A stretch of 64,000 nt of DNA from Eledone cirrhosa (GCA_964016885.1 OZ024752.1:19034001-19098000), one strand, 5' to 3'; counted from the first letter of the stretch, positions 29,206 to 41,617 are shown. Notes: generated from the sequence alone by a model not told the origin. Numbers and translations: made by a program.

Positions 29206-29404
29206 TACGTCCCATAGTTTGCAAGATTTCTATGATTTGATGCTCTTCTTAATGCCAACTACTTTATAGACAATAGTGGCTACATTTTGTGTAATCACCA
29301 GAGTGTACTGGGTTCATTTTATTATGGCACCAGCCCTATAGACATTGTCATATATCCAGCGAGAATCCTCTCCTTCCTAGATTGCCTCTGTATAGATCTC
29401 TACT

Positions 29405-29725
29405 TGAAGGTGCATGGCTTATAGTTAGAGCTTTGGGCTTGCAATCGATACATTGTGAGTTCAATTCTTGGACCGGTTGATGCATTGTATCCTTGAGCAA
29501 GTCATTTTATTTCACATTACTCCTGTTTACTCAGCTGTAGAAATGAGTTGCGACAAGCTGTATCGGCCATTGCTTTTTCCCTTGGACAACATTGGTGGTG
29601 TGGAGAGGGGAGACTGGTATGCAAGGGTGACTGCTGGTCTTCCACAAACAACCTTGCCCGGTCTTGTGCCTCAGAGGGGAACTTGCTAGGTCATTCATGA
29701 CTGAAGGGGGTCTTTACCATTACCC
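29405..29725 (+). mobile_element. tRNA-derived SINE
   Basis: TGGCTTATAGTTAGAG...GAGTTCAATTC head, followed by the CCTTGAGCAAG..TTTATTTCACAT..ACTCAGCTGTAGAAATGAG core shared with the 13.0 and 62.7 kb copies. Confidence 0.7.
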
Positions 29726-29769
29726 TTACTTTAAATATCTCTACCTTCATATTCTTTCTCCTATTACAG

Positions 29770-29895
29770 AGCATTTCATCCATGTTTTGAAATGTCAAAA
29801 GAAATGTGAGGAAAAGCTCAGCATACTTCACGGAGAGAAAGAGGAGGACTTCTTTCCAGAATTGTATAACTATTTACAGTTTGGTTACTACAAAA
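29770..29895 (+). CDS. Leprecan-family (CRTAP/P3H-like) internal exon B
   Basis: Acceptor ttacag|AG, donor AAA A|gtaagt, 126 bp, phase 1-1. Translates EHFIHVLKCQKKCEEKLSILHGEKEEDFFPELYNYLQFGYYK, matching the family motifs LxCKxxCE and YxYLQFAYY. Confidence 0.93.
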
Positions 29896-29999
29896 GTAAG
29901 TACTTGCATTAACCAATTTCAAGCATTATACTCTCAGCTTCCATTTATGTATTTATATAGTTTTTACTTTCTGTTTATCTTTTATGTTTATATATATAT

Positions 30000-30192
30000 A
30001 TAGGAAAATGTTTAACCCCGATGGCAGAGCTCAAGCTGTTTCGACGGCTATTTTAGTCCAGAAATAGCCATCGAAACGGCTTGAGCTCTGCCGTCGGGGT
30101 TAAATATTTTCCTATTACCCACTCTACTACCCTAAGTATTGAGTACTCTGGTGCGTTATGCTCCATCTGGTTCCTTACCACACTTCCTTTGT

Positions 30193-30195
<3 letters not shown>
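30000..30195 (+). mobile_element. Short fold-back element in (TA)n (family shared with 56123-56315)
   Basis: ~54-bp imperfect inverted arms (30000-30115) plus a tail containing ACTCTACT..GTATTGAGTAC. Confidence 0.75.
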
Positions 30196-30231
<36 letters not shown>

Positions 30232-30324
30232 AGTATATGTTGGTTGTATACCTACACCTCAGTATGCAGATTGGAGCACTCGACGAAGTGCGCAGGTTGG
30301 TTTGGTTACTCCAGAGTAATGTAA

Positions 30325-30662
30325 AATAAAATAAAATAAATAAGTCAAATGTTTAAAATTTGGCTTCGTTTATTACTGCTATATATATTTCGGTGACAGC
30401 CATCTTTGGGTTGTTATTTCAGTGAGGAACTGGAATCATATGATTCCAGTTCCTCACTGAAATAACAACCCAACCAGGAACTGGGCATATCAGAGTATTG
30501 ACAAAGTCATACACCTCAACAACATGTGTACTCGTCTCTACCATACTAATTCGGATTGCCTTGACGAGTTCACAGCCAAAGATGGCTGTCACCGAAATAT
30601 ATATAGCAGTAATAAACGAAGCCAAATTTTAAACATTTGACTTATTTATTTTATTTTATGTT
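30325..30662 (+). mobile_element. Nested fold-back element with a hammerhead motif
   Basis: Outer inverted arms (~30325-30409 and ~30576-30660) and an inner perfect 68-bp palindrome at 30406-30473. Hammerhead-like 30555-30610 reads ATTGC-CTTGACGA-..ACAGCCA/TGGCTGT..-GAAA-TATATA-TA-GCAGT, with one extra T in the core. Confidence 0.7.
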
Positions 30663-30749
30663 ATATATATATATATATATGTGTGTGTATACACACACAC
30701 ATATATACTTATAGGTATGTGTGAGTATGTATATATGTGCATGTGTGCC

Positions 30750-31090
30750 TATATGTAGAGCTGAAGAAGGGCTTTGACAAGGTCGCCTGCTCTGAAATCC
30801 AGTGGGTGCTTAGAAAACTAAGTATAATGAATAGCTTGTGAGGGCCATGTAAACCATGTTTATAGGTGTGACCAGCAAAGTGAGTGTTGGCAATGAGTAC
30901 AGTTATGAATTTGAATTGTATATGGGGGTCCACTAGGATACAGTCCTTAGTCCAGTTCTGTTTATTATTGCCCTTCAGGCCATTATGAGGAATTTAAAGC
31001 TGGCACGCTGTGGGAGCTCCTGTATGCTGATGACCTAGTTCTTACAGTTGAATCTGCAGGAGAGTTAGAGGCAAAACTCCAAGCATCATG
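30750..31090 (+). pseudogene. Decayed RTE-like reverse transcriptase fragment
   Basis: Interrupted translation shows KGFDKV, VLSPVLFII and WELLYADDLVL. Confidence 0.75.
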
Positions 31091-32051
31091 ACACAATGTA
31101 ATTAGGCTGGACCTTTGAATTACAGATACATTCCATCTGTTTCTACCTACCCCAGTCTTTCTCATAAGGTTTAAGTTGCCCTGAGGCATTGGTGAAGATA
31201 CTTGCCTGAGATCCTGGGAAATGGGATTAAATTCGTTGAACTTCATGATTGTGAAGCAAACTTCTTAACTCCTCAGCTATGTCTGTATCCATGCTTCCTG
31301 AAATTCGCCAAAAATACACCTAATGTTCACCTCCATACACATGCACTCGTGTGTGTGTAACATAAATCATACATTGTTCACTTTCCTGACGTTTGTACAC
31401 TATTCTATGTACTATATATGCACCTTTGATGAGTTGTAGTGCACCTGAGCACTGTACATAATAATTTTCATTATATCTATATACTACTAAAACTCTGTAA
31501 TTGTGTCCTTGTCTGTAATTTAATACAGCCAAAGTGGTGCATGGTGGGAAAATACTTTCAAATGGAATAAAACAAGTTTTGCTTAAATCGGGGGTTTTTA
31601 TGGGTACCTTCATAAATAGAGAGAGAGGAAGATAGAGAGAAAGGGATAGTGGTTGTGAGAGAGTAGATTGAAAGAGAGAAAGAGAGAGAGGAGGAGACAG
31701 GGAAGGAAAATGGAAGAGAGAGAGAGAGCTGATGGGGCTGTTGAATGAAATTATAACAGGTGACTTCAAAGAATTGAAAAGAGCATTACTGTATCTAGCT
31801 CGAATTTGGTGACTTAATATTAAGTCATATGTATCATATAATTTGTGTTAGGACAGAGATGTGTGTAGCGAATATTTTCTGTTAAATAGGAAGGATTTCT
31901 AAGTGTGTGTGTCTGTGACCTGTGTATATAGGTCACAGACACACACACACACACATACACACATACACACTCACACACACATATATATATACCAAGGCTC
32001 TGATACCATCAACACTATACACACAGAGCTGGCATATCTAAGAACTGACTA

Positions 32052-32107
32052 ACTGCCTGATGAGGTCATAGCCATTCAATGGCTATCATCAAAATATATA
32101 TAGCAGT
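32052..32107 (+). ncRNA. Type I hammerhead motif with G12 mutated to A
   Basis: ACTGC-CTGATGA-GGTCATAGCCA-TTCAA-TGGCTATCATC-AAAA-TATATA-TA-GCAGT; stems I and II are intact. Confidence 0.7.
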
Positions 32108-32842
32108 AAATAAAGGATTATGAGTTCATGCAATTGAACAATTTCTTGTGTATGAGGGGCCTCCTAAACGTGAATTGCCCTGAGACCCCCCCCCCCCGCC
32201 GCCCTTGTTTCAATCCAACCCTGAATGCAGTCATGTCATAGTGCTGTTTTGTACTTTCCCAGAATATCTTGCTAATTTGTTTGGTTTCATGTGGTACATT
32301 AAGAGTTAATTTGTTTAGCAAAAAATAGGTACATTTTCTACTTCACAGTCGAATGATTAGCTGTTGAAGTAGCATTTCTTTGGTTATACATGCCAGCGGG
32401 CTAGAAAGGTGTGAAAACATCTGAAATCTTCAAAGACCATCTTATGTCATCTGGCATTTGTGTGTCTGTGTGTGTGTTTCCATTGATTTTGTCCTATGTG
32501 CCCCCCCCCCCCCCCCCTGTTTTGAATATATATATATATATATATAAATCCTTCCAGTGAAACATGTCCTCGAATATTATTTGTTAATTTGTTGTTGAAC
32601 TACCTCACTCTCTCTCTCTGTCTCTCTCTCTCTATCTCTCTCTCTCTCTGTAATGAATATGTCTGTAGGGATGTGCTCTAACCCTCCACTTGTGTCTACA
32701 TACACAATACACACATATTACACATATGTGATTACTTCACTGTATGTGTTTGTGTGGTAAAATTATATGCGTGTGTGCGTGCACACACACCATGCATCAG
32801 CTATTTGGGGGTAAAAATTGAATTGGAGGATAACAATATCAT

Positions 32843-35015
32843 AGTATTTAGTATGTCCCTAGATACACATTCAGAACCTATTGTAGAGTTTAGTATGTCC
32901 CTAGATACACATTCAGAACCTATTGTAGAGTTTAGTATGTGCCTAGATACACATTCAGAACCTATTGTAGAGTTTAGTATGTGCCTAGATACACATTCAG
33001 AACCTATTGTAGAGTTTAGTATGTCCCTAGATACACATTCAGAACCTATTGTAGTATTTAGTATGTCCCTAGATACACATTCAGAACCTATTGTAGAGTT
33101 TAGTATGTGCCTAGATACACATTCAGAACCTATTGTAGAATTTACTATGTCCCAAGATACACATTAAGAACCTATTGTAGAGTTAGCTATGTCCCAAGAT
33201 ACACATTCAGAACCTATTGTAGAGTTAAGTATGTCCCTAGATACACACTCAGAACCTATTGTAGAGTTTAGTATGTCCCTAGATACACATTCAGAACCTA
33301 TTGTAGAGTTTAGTAAGTCCCTAGATACACATTCAGAACCTATTGTAGAAGTATGTCCCTAGATACACATTTAGAACCTATTGTAGAGTTTAGTAAGTCC
33401 CTAGATACACATTCAGAACCTATTGTAGAAGTATGTCCCTAGATACACATTCAGAACCTATTGTAGAAGTATATCCCTAGATACACATTTAGAACCTATT
33501 GTAGAGTTTAGTATGTCCCTAGATACACATTCAGAACCTATTGTAGAGTTAAGTATGTCCCTAGATACATATTCAGAACCTATTGTAGAGTTTAGTAAGT
33601 CCCTAGATACACATTCAGAACCTATTGTAGAGTTTAGTATGTCCCAAGATCCACATTCAGAACCTATTGTAGAGTTTAGTATGTCCCTAGATACACATTT
33701 AGAACCTATTGTAGAGTTAAGTATGTCCCTAGATACACATTTAGAACCTATTGTAGAGTTTAGTATGTCCCTAGATACACATTCAGAACCTATTGTAGAG
33801 TTTAGTATGTCCCAAGATCCACATTCAGAACCTATTGTAGAGTTTAGTATGTCCCTAGATACACATTTAGAACCTATTGTAGAGTTAAGTATGTCCCTAG
33901 ATACACATTTAGAACCTATTGTAGAATTTAGTATGTCCCTAGATACACATTTAGAACCTATTGTAGAGTTTAGTAAGTCCCTAGATACACATTCAGAACC
34001 TATTGTAGAGTTAAGTATGTCCCTAGATACATATTCAGAACCTATTGTAGAGTTTAGTATGTCCCTAGATACACATTCAGAACCTATTGTAGAGTTTAGT
34101 ATGTCCCAAGATTCACATTCAGAACCTATTGTAGAATTTAGTATGTCCCTAGATACACATTTAGAACCTATTGTAGAGTTTAGTAAGTCCCTAGATACAT
34201 ATTCAGAACCTATTGTAGAGTTTAGTAAGTCCCTAGATACACATTCAGAACCTATTGTAGAGTTAAGTATGTCCCTAGATACATATTCAGAACCTATTGT
34301 AGAGTTAAGTATGTCCCTAGATACACATTCAGAACCTATTGTAGAGTTTAGTATGTCCCTAGATACACATTTAGAACCTATTGTAGAGTTTAGTATGTCC
34401 CTAGATACACAGTTAGAACCTATTGTAGAGTTTAGTAAGTCCCTAGATACACATTCAGAACCTATTGTAGAGTTAAGTATGTCCCTAGATACACATTTAG
34501 AACCTATTGTAGAGTTTAGTATATCCCTAGATACACCTTCAGAACCTATTGTAGAGTTTAGTATGTCCCTAGATACACATTCAGAACCTATTGAAGAGTT
34601 AAGCATGTCCCTAGATACACATTTAGAACCTATTGTAGAGTTTAGTATGTCCCTAGATACACATTATGAACCTATTGAAGAGTTAAGCATGTCCCTAGAT
34701 ACACATTCAGAACCTATTGTAGAGTTTAGTATGTCCCTAGATACACATTCAGACCCTATTGTAGAGTTAAGCATGTCCCTAGATACACATTCAGAACCTA
34801 TTGTAGAGGTAAGTATGTCCCTAGATACACATTCAGAACCTATTGTAGAGTTTAGTAAGTCCCTAGATACACATTCAGAACCTATTGTAGAGTTTAGTAT
34901 GTCCCTAGATACACATTCAGACCCTATTGTAGAGTTTAGTATGTCCCTAGATACATATTCAGACCCTATTGTAGAGTTTAGTATGTCCCTAGATACACAT
35001 TCAGACCCTATTCAA
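32843..35015. repeat. Tandem minisatellite, 42-bp unit (~52 copies)
   Basis: Unit AGTATGTCCCTAGATACACATTCAGAACCTATTGTAGAGTTT. Confidence 0.97.
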
Positions 35016-36084
35016 TGGTGATTTCTATGGGACATTGGAAGTTGTGTTCTGAAATAGAGCTGACACACCCTCTCCCTCTCTCTCACCCTCTCTCCCTCTC
35101 CCCCTACTCCCCCTCTGATCAGCTCAAGGTTCGATCTGTATCGATGTGGCGGTGTCGGGATGCTGGTTGTCGCTAGAGAGTTCGACATGTAGATGTGGCT
35201 GATTTTTGTGTGTGGTGTGGATGTGGTGGTGTTTCATTTTATGATATTGGATGAAAGGTTGCGGTGTTTAGGGTAGGGTGATATGTGTAGTAACGGATTG
35301 TTAAGGGGACTCATGTTATAAGGAGTTAATGTTCAGAGTGTATGTAAAAGCATATAGATACATATATACACGCAGCTAGACAAACATATTATATATATAT
35401 TATGGATATATATATATTAGGATTGGTGCTCTGAAATAGCGATGCATACATGGATATATGTATAGTATATTTGGCAATATACCGTATGTTTAATTAAAAA
35501 CATTTAGAAGACCATTCGCTATCAATTTTAAAGTAGTGACTATATCACTTATATCTTTGGCAAAGGCTGGGAGAATGTCTGTCAGCTGTTTCTCGCTGCT
35601 TGGCGTTTATCAAAGCCACGTACTCACCTGCCTTTGCCGAAAATTATTGAAGCTGGATTCTTATAGAATTCCAGTAATAATCAGGAGCTGATTACACAGA
35701 GTGATTGCCGGTCTAGCAAAGATTAGGTATTAATTAGTATTGGTGCTCTGAAATAGCGATGTATTCATGAATGTATGTATAGTATATTTGGCAATATATA
35801 TCTATGTTTACAGTATATATATATACACACATTCACACACACATATATATATACACATATATATATATATATATAATATTAAAGATACTATTTATAGTTA
35901 TGTATATACTATACTATAAACAACTATAAGCAGTAATATAGAATATATATATATTCTATATTACTGCTCTTTAAAACAAGAGATGTTCTTACATTGAGCT
36001 ATTTCTCTTACTGGTAATAAGGTAGTAATAAATTACTGACCTTCCCTGTTTATAGTTGTTTATAGTATATACATATATATATAT

Positions 36085-36318
36085 ATATATTCACAACAAA
36101 AACATACAGTCCACGCTGCAATGTGGCCGTGTAGGTAACACGGTAAAAACCTCCCAGTCCACACTGTAAACGTGGTTGGTGTTAGGAAGGGCATCCAGCC
36201 GTTGAAAACCCGCCAGACAGTCCTATACGAGCAAGACGACCAATCTTGCCTCACGTGGGATAATTCCCGTCTAAACTCATGCTAGCGTGGAAGAGAGATG
36301 TTAAACGATGATGATGAT
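36085..36318 (+). mobile_element. RTE 3'-tail / SINE fragment
   Basis: Ends GTTAAACGATGATGATGAT and is close to the reverse complement of 45620-45840. Confidence 0.7.
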
Positions 36319-36693
36319 ATATGTATACACACACGCATACACACCCACATATATATATATATACATATATACATACACACACACATATTATATATATACA
36401 CACACACCACCACCATCATTACTTTACATCCGCTTTCTATACTGGCATAGCCTGGAAAGTTGTGTGTGTGTCTGTGTGTGAGTGTTAACTGCCAATAGGG
36501 AATATGTTTGCATATTTCCACATGTGTGTTTGTGTGATAGAATAAATATTTTTATTTTGTATATACTAACTGATGCATGTATTTTTCCTCCAGAGATACT
36601 GTGATAAATGTGATATATATTTTAGTGATACAGTCAATCAAAATTGAGTTTAATTTGTATAAAGATTTATTGCAGATATTGCTAATATGTTCC

Positions 36694-37403
36694 TTAACCC
36701 TTTAGCATTTAAGCCAGTTGTATCTGACCAGAATTCTCTCACCTCTTTTTGTTCAAACTGGCTGTAAACAGCCACTCATACTTATGTTAACCCTTTAACA
36801 TTTACATTACTTTTATATTTACTATTGTATTTTCACAGTAAACACTTTATTTCACATAATATTGAATCTATGAGATTTTGTTATTATTTATTTTGAGAAT
36901 AATACCTTAACATCAATATGAGCAGCTAGTTATAGCCGGTTTGAAAAGAAGATGGTGAGAGAATTTTGGCCAGATATGACCAGTTTAAATGCTAAAGAGT
37001 TAAGCAGAAATTATGGGCGTGTGTATATGTATGTGTATTATTATTATTATTATTATTATTATGATTAAGGGCAGCATCGGTAGAGAGTTGGACACCATGC
37101 TTTGCAGCATAGAGTTACGGTCCTTTACGGTCTTAGTTCAAATCCCACTGAGGTTAACTTTGCCTTTCATCCTTACAGTGTTGATAAAATAAATCACCAG
37201 TAACGTACTGGGGTCGATTTAATCAGGTTTGAACAGAAAAATACAGCTGGTTTAAATGCTAAAGAGTTAAGGTATTATTCTCAAAATAAATGATATCAAA
37301 ATCTCATAAATTCGATATTATGTGAGATAATTATGTAGGGTAAAGCCTTTACTGTGAAAATACAATAGTAATTATAGAGTAATGTAAATGTTAAAGGGTC
37401 AAG
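36694..37403. mobile_element. Interleaved TTAA-flanked MITE-like elements plus a SINE fragment
   Basis: TIR pair TTAACCCTTTAGCATTTAA (36694) / TTAAATGCTAAAGAGTTAA (37003). A second pair is TTAACCCTTTAACATTTACATTAC (36787) / GTAATGTAAATGTTAAAGGGTCAA (~37402). Confidence 0.65.
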
Positions 37404-37837
37404 CTTAAGATTTTAAAAAATGATGATAATGATGGTGAAGGCAGTTGCCAGGAAGAATATAAGGATTATAATAGCTCTAATAACTGAAACTCTCATTTGC
37501 ACCCTCCCCCCCTCTGTAACTTTATTGCCATTATCATCATCTGCAGCACCATCAACATCATTTGATGTACTAGCAGCTGCTATTTTACATGAAACTTTAT
37601 ATCACTTCTAGCTTTCATCTTTTTTTCTCGCACCACTTGCTGAGTATCTATTCTTTGATGGTTTTGTGATTAAGTTTATATTTATATTGTAGTGCACCTG
37701 AGCACTGTACACAAAAGGGTTCATTATTATTATTTTATATTCATGTTCATATTGATGCTGGGTAATTTGTTAACCGATGTTTTTGTGATGTTTATATTGA
37801 TGCTTGATAATCTGATAGCCTATGTTTTTCATTGCAG

Positions 37838-37971
37838 TGAATGATATTCCCAATGCAGTGAAAGCTACAGCATCTTATCTATTGTTTAAACCTGATGATG
37901 AAGCCATGTTTGAAAATAAAAAGATTTATATAAAGGCCGGAACAACACCTGAAAACATTGTCCCTCGACCA
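37838..37971 (+). CDS. Leprecan-family (CRTAP/P3H-like) internal exon C
   Basis: Acceptor ttgcag|TG, donor CCA|gtatgt, phase 1-0. Translates MNDIPNAVKATASYLLFKPDDEAMFENKKIYIKAGTTPENIVPRP (family motif SYLLFxPxDxxMxxN..Y..PRP). Confidence 0.93.
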
Positions 37972-38019
37972 GTATGTATGAATTTGTTTGTTCTTGTCTT
38001 TCTTTATTATATCATTATA

Positions 38020-38360
38020 TCAGAGGAGTGATGGGAATAGAACCAGTGATGAATGTTGTGAAGAGAAATGGAATGGGATGGTTAGGTCATGTGTTGAGGA
38101 AGGATGAAAGTGACTGGGTGAGAGGTGTGATGGGAATAGGACCAGTGAGGAATGTTGTGAAAAGAAATGGAATAGGATGGTTGGGACATGTGTTGAATAA
38201 GGATAAAATTGACTGGGTGAGAGGAGTAATGGGAATGAATGTGGAGGAAAGCAGAAGACTAATAAAGACTTGGCTAAAGATAATGGAGGAGAAAAATGAA
38301 ACCTATAGAGTTGGTGAGGGGGGTGCAAATGATATAGGAAAATAGAAAAGTTTGTCATGG
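38020..38360 (+). mobile_element. RTE LINE C-terminal fragment with an internal tandem duplication
   Basis: The WLGHVLRKDESDWV motif occurs twice in a ~78-bp duplication. Confidence 0.65.
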
Positions 38361-38498
38361 AGCCTGGAAGGATAATCCCTGCTTTAGCGGGATTTGCTCT
38401 AGGGTTCTTATATATTTGATATATATTTATCCTTATCGAGCCTCGTGAAATAAATACATTTGTTTATATTTTGTTATTGTGTATGCAAAAATATCTAC

Positions 38499-38545
<47 letters not shown>

Positions 38546-39675
38546 TAACAGATTAAAGTTTAAGCAAAGAATCGCTGCTTTCACCCTTATCGGGATCTTC
38601 TGAAACTAAAAAAAATCAATCTGTGAACGCAGATGTAAATATTTCGAAAAACGTTACACACTATATATATATATATATATACATATATACACACACACAC
38701 ACCGCGTCATAATGTCGTAATGCACACAGCCAGACATACAGACAGATATTATAAGGGCGCAACGTTATATCTATGTATCTATCTAAAAAGAAAAACTAAG
38801 AATTATAGAGAGAGATCGCTAAATCGCCCAATGCGGTCACTAGGGCATTGAAAATTTAAAATATGTTTTGCTCAAAACACTCATACGACCATAAGTATTA
38901 CATGTGTAACGTTTGAAAACAATCGGTTGGGTGGTTCTCGAGTTTTAGGGAGTCAGACAGACAGGCAGATGGACAGACATTCTCTGTTTTAGATATATAG
39001 ATATCGTCTTTTTTAAATGTATCATGGATTTCTTTACTGATTACAGAAGAGTGTAACACAATCTCTCTTCAATTTCTGTGCATATTAACAATTACGATTT
39101 TATTTGATGTATCATATCTACATGCATATATATTTGCGTATAATATCAATATGCACACAGCACATGCTAGCAGAAAAACCACCAGAAGGGTGGTTTTTCT
39201 GCTAGTTGTGAAGTAATGCTGTAAAGAACACATCTACAAGGATGCTTCTTCTGTTAAAAAAATAAAACATCTACAGAAATGTCACACTCAAGATATCATA
39301 GAAGCTACCAAATGAAATTTTGGAAACACTTGTATCAAAGAGGCTACACTCATCAATTTACTGTGATCTCTCATAAAAAGCAGACGGAAGTTGCATGAAG
39401 CTGATTGGCCATTGTGATTCTACCAGTCTGCACATGTCAGCTCTCCTCTCACTCAATATCCATGCAGAGGAGCTCACCTAGTCAGCACCAACACACTCTA
39501 TTTCCTTTCTTTTGAAAGAGAGGTCCTAACCCTGAAATATGAAATATAAGGTAAAAGTGTAAACTGTTTTGTCTGTCTTATTTTACTTTAGTTTTCACTA
39601 ATGAATTTCTAACTTATTTTGTACCAGTTTTCTCAAAACAATCCTAACAAATTCTATTTCTGATTCTATTTGCAG

Positions 39676-39867
39676 GAAGCTTTGAAGTATTTTACACAAG
39701 CAAAACAGATAAAAAACATACTTCAATATGTGTCAGAGAATTATGATTTCGCTGATGATGATGAAGGCGAAATAAATGATGTAAGTGATGCAAGTCACTT
39801 AACTAGTCCCAAAGAAAAACTTCTTGAGTCAAAATCTCCAGCATCTGTTGTAATATCATCTCAATAG
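39676..39867 (+). CDS. Leprecan-family exon D, CRTAP-like C-terminal segment (terminal at TAG 39865-67, or spliced at the donor at 39781)
   Basis: Acceptor ttgcag|GAA, phase 0. Translates EALKYFTQAKQIKNILQYVSENYDFADDDEGEIND...; PRP|EA..F and DDDEGE resemble the vertebrate CRTAP C-terminus as I recall it. The 3' boundary is uncertain. Confidence 0.82.
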   Translation, partial: EALKYFTQAKQIKNILQYVSENYDFADDDEGEINDVSDASHLTSPKEKLLESKSPASVVISSQ

Positions 39868-40254
39868 ATTTTGCTTTTAACAGTTATTATGATTATGCCA
39901 TATCAAGACCAAACGTTTTTCTAACCCCTTTCATCTCATCTCTAAAATATCTAAAAGGAACCTTGCATGTTTAATTAACCTTAAGCTTTTTTTAATCATC
40001 ATCTTCAAATATATTTTCTAACATTTTTTATTTTTACTCCAATTTTATCATTGTTTTTTTTTTCTTTATTACCTCTCTGCATTTTGCCCCTCAGGTATGA
40101 GTTTATTAGTTGCCAAATTAAGTAGCTGTTAATAACGAACAAACAATTGTGTACACATGTTAAATTAAATGGGTTAATGTAATGTACCAGCATTTCATGA
40201 GGTCTGTGTTTAAAACAAGCTTCGGAGGGCTTCTTTATGTGATGATGAAAATGA

Positions 40255-40545
40255 TTGTGTACAGTGCTAAGGTGCACTACAACTCATCAAAGGTGCATGT
40301 ATAATACATAGAATAAGGTACAAATGTCAGGAAAGTGAACAGTGTATGAGTCATGATATATACACAGATACATGCGTGAGTCTGTATGGAGGGGGAATAT
40401 CAGGTATAGTGTTGGCGAATTTCGAGACGCATGGAAGTTTTGAAGGATGCAGTGTCCCGACAGCTAACAACTGATGCAGGTAGTTTGTCCCATAATTCAG
40501 CAACTCTGAGCATGAAAAAATGTTTCCAAAAGTCATGGGAGCTGT
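40255..40545 (-). mobile_element. CR1/L2-like LINE 3' end fragment
   Basis: The minus frame reads ELWDKLPASVVSCRDTASFKTSM, followed by a 3' UTR also seen at 31285-31465 (+) and 37690-37712. Confidence 0.55.
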
Positions 40546-41273
40546 AGTTTTCTGATTTTGTAAGTATGTCGACAGGTGTTAGACACCACTTGACCCACTA
40601 GAAATAGCAATCAAATCACACCCCACTGTCTTAAAAACCAGAACATAAGGGTATAAAGTAGTAGTCAGGCCATACTATACACAGAAGAAAAAAAACAGGA
40701 GGGTCATGGCTGGAATGTCTTTGATCAATCAGGGCTGACTTGGGGCTAAACCTGCCATTGATTCCATATACAGGTGTGTTGCTATATTAGTATTTAATAC
40801 TTCTATATCCCTCTTGCCTGGCTGTTTGTCCTTGCTACCAGATCTTTAGGGATTGTTACCTGTGATATACAGCTATTTTATCCAGGAGAAAATGTCTCTT
40901 TCATCTCCTTAATGTTATGAAACAAAGGCTAATCACTAACAGTCATAAATCCCCCAGAAAATAAACATAAAATAGGGGTCAGCTTATATTTGAGTATATA
41001 CAATAATTTCCTTGGTCAGACCTGACAATTGGCTCTTTTTCTTTTCGATATTATCAACATGTTTAGAAACATCATATATATTTGTATTTATCACAGTTTT
41101 AGTAGAAATGAACTTGTATTTTAAATTTGACTTGTTAAAATGCCTGAACTTTTAAATATTTTTATAGTTTGACTTCCAATAACCTAGCTTTGCCATGGCG
41201 ACCCACCTCAGCTATTGATCATGATGCAGTACCTATTGTCTTATGTTTAACTCTAGTTTTATATAGTCTGTCT

Positions 41274-41318
<45 letters not shown>

Positions 41319-41321
<3 letters not shown>

Positions 41322-41520
41322 TCAATATTATTAAGGCTAAAAAGGGAGTTCTGTTACTCTGGAGTTTTGTCTGTTTATCACAGGGTCATCAGACATCTGA
41401 TGACCCTGTGATAAACAGGCGGAACTCTAGAGTAACAAGACTCACTTTTTAGCCCTAATAATATAGAATATTAAAACTCTACTTCGGTATTGAGTACTCC
41501 TTTCTCTCAGCTGTCAACCA
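41319..41520 (+). mobile_element. Fold-back element in (TA)n with a hammerhead core
   Basis: ~75-bp diverged inverted arms centred at 41394. The right arm reads CTGATGA-C-CCTGT-GATAA-ACAGG-C-GGAA-CTCTAGAG-TA. The tail contains ACTCTACTTCGGTATTGAGTACT. Confidence 0.72.
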
Positions 41521-41543
41521 CACACATACATACATACATATAT

Positions 41544-41617
<74 letters not shown>

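Noticed and set aside
32754-35021. Long ORFs (502 aa on +, 382 aa on -) made of 14-aa repeats (SMSLDTHSEPIVEF)
   Set aside because: They follow from a 42-bp unit that lacks stops in some frames. The array contains an in-frame stop and indels and lies in an intron whose flanking exons already join in phase.
38565-38606. Possible further hammerhead on the minus strand (CAGAAGA-TCCC-GATAA-GGG-T-GAAA)
   Set aside because: The core is mutated and stems I/III are not formed; too degenerate to call.
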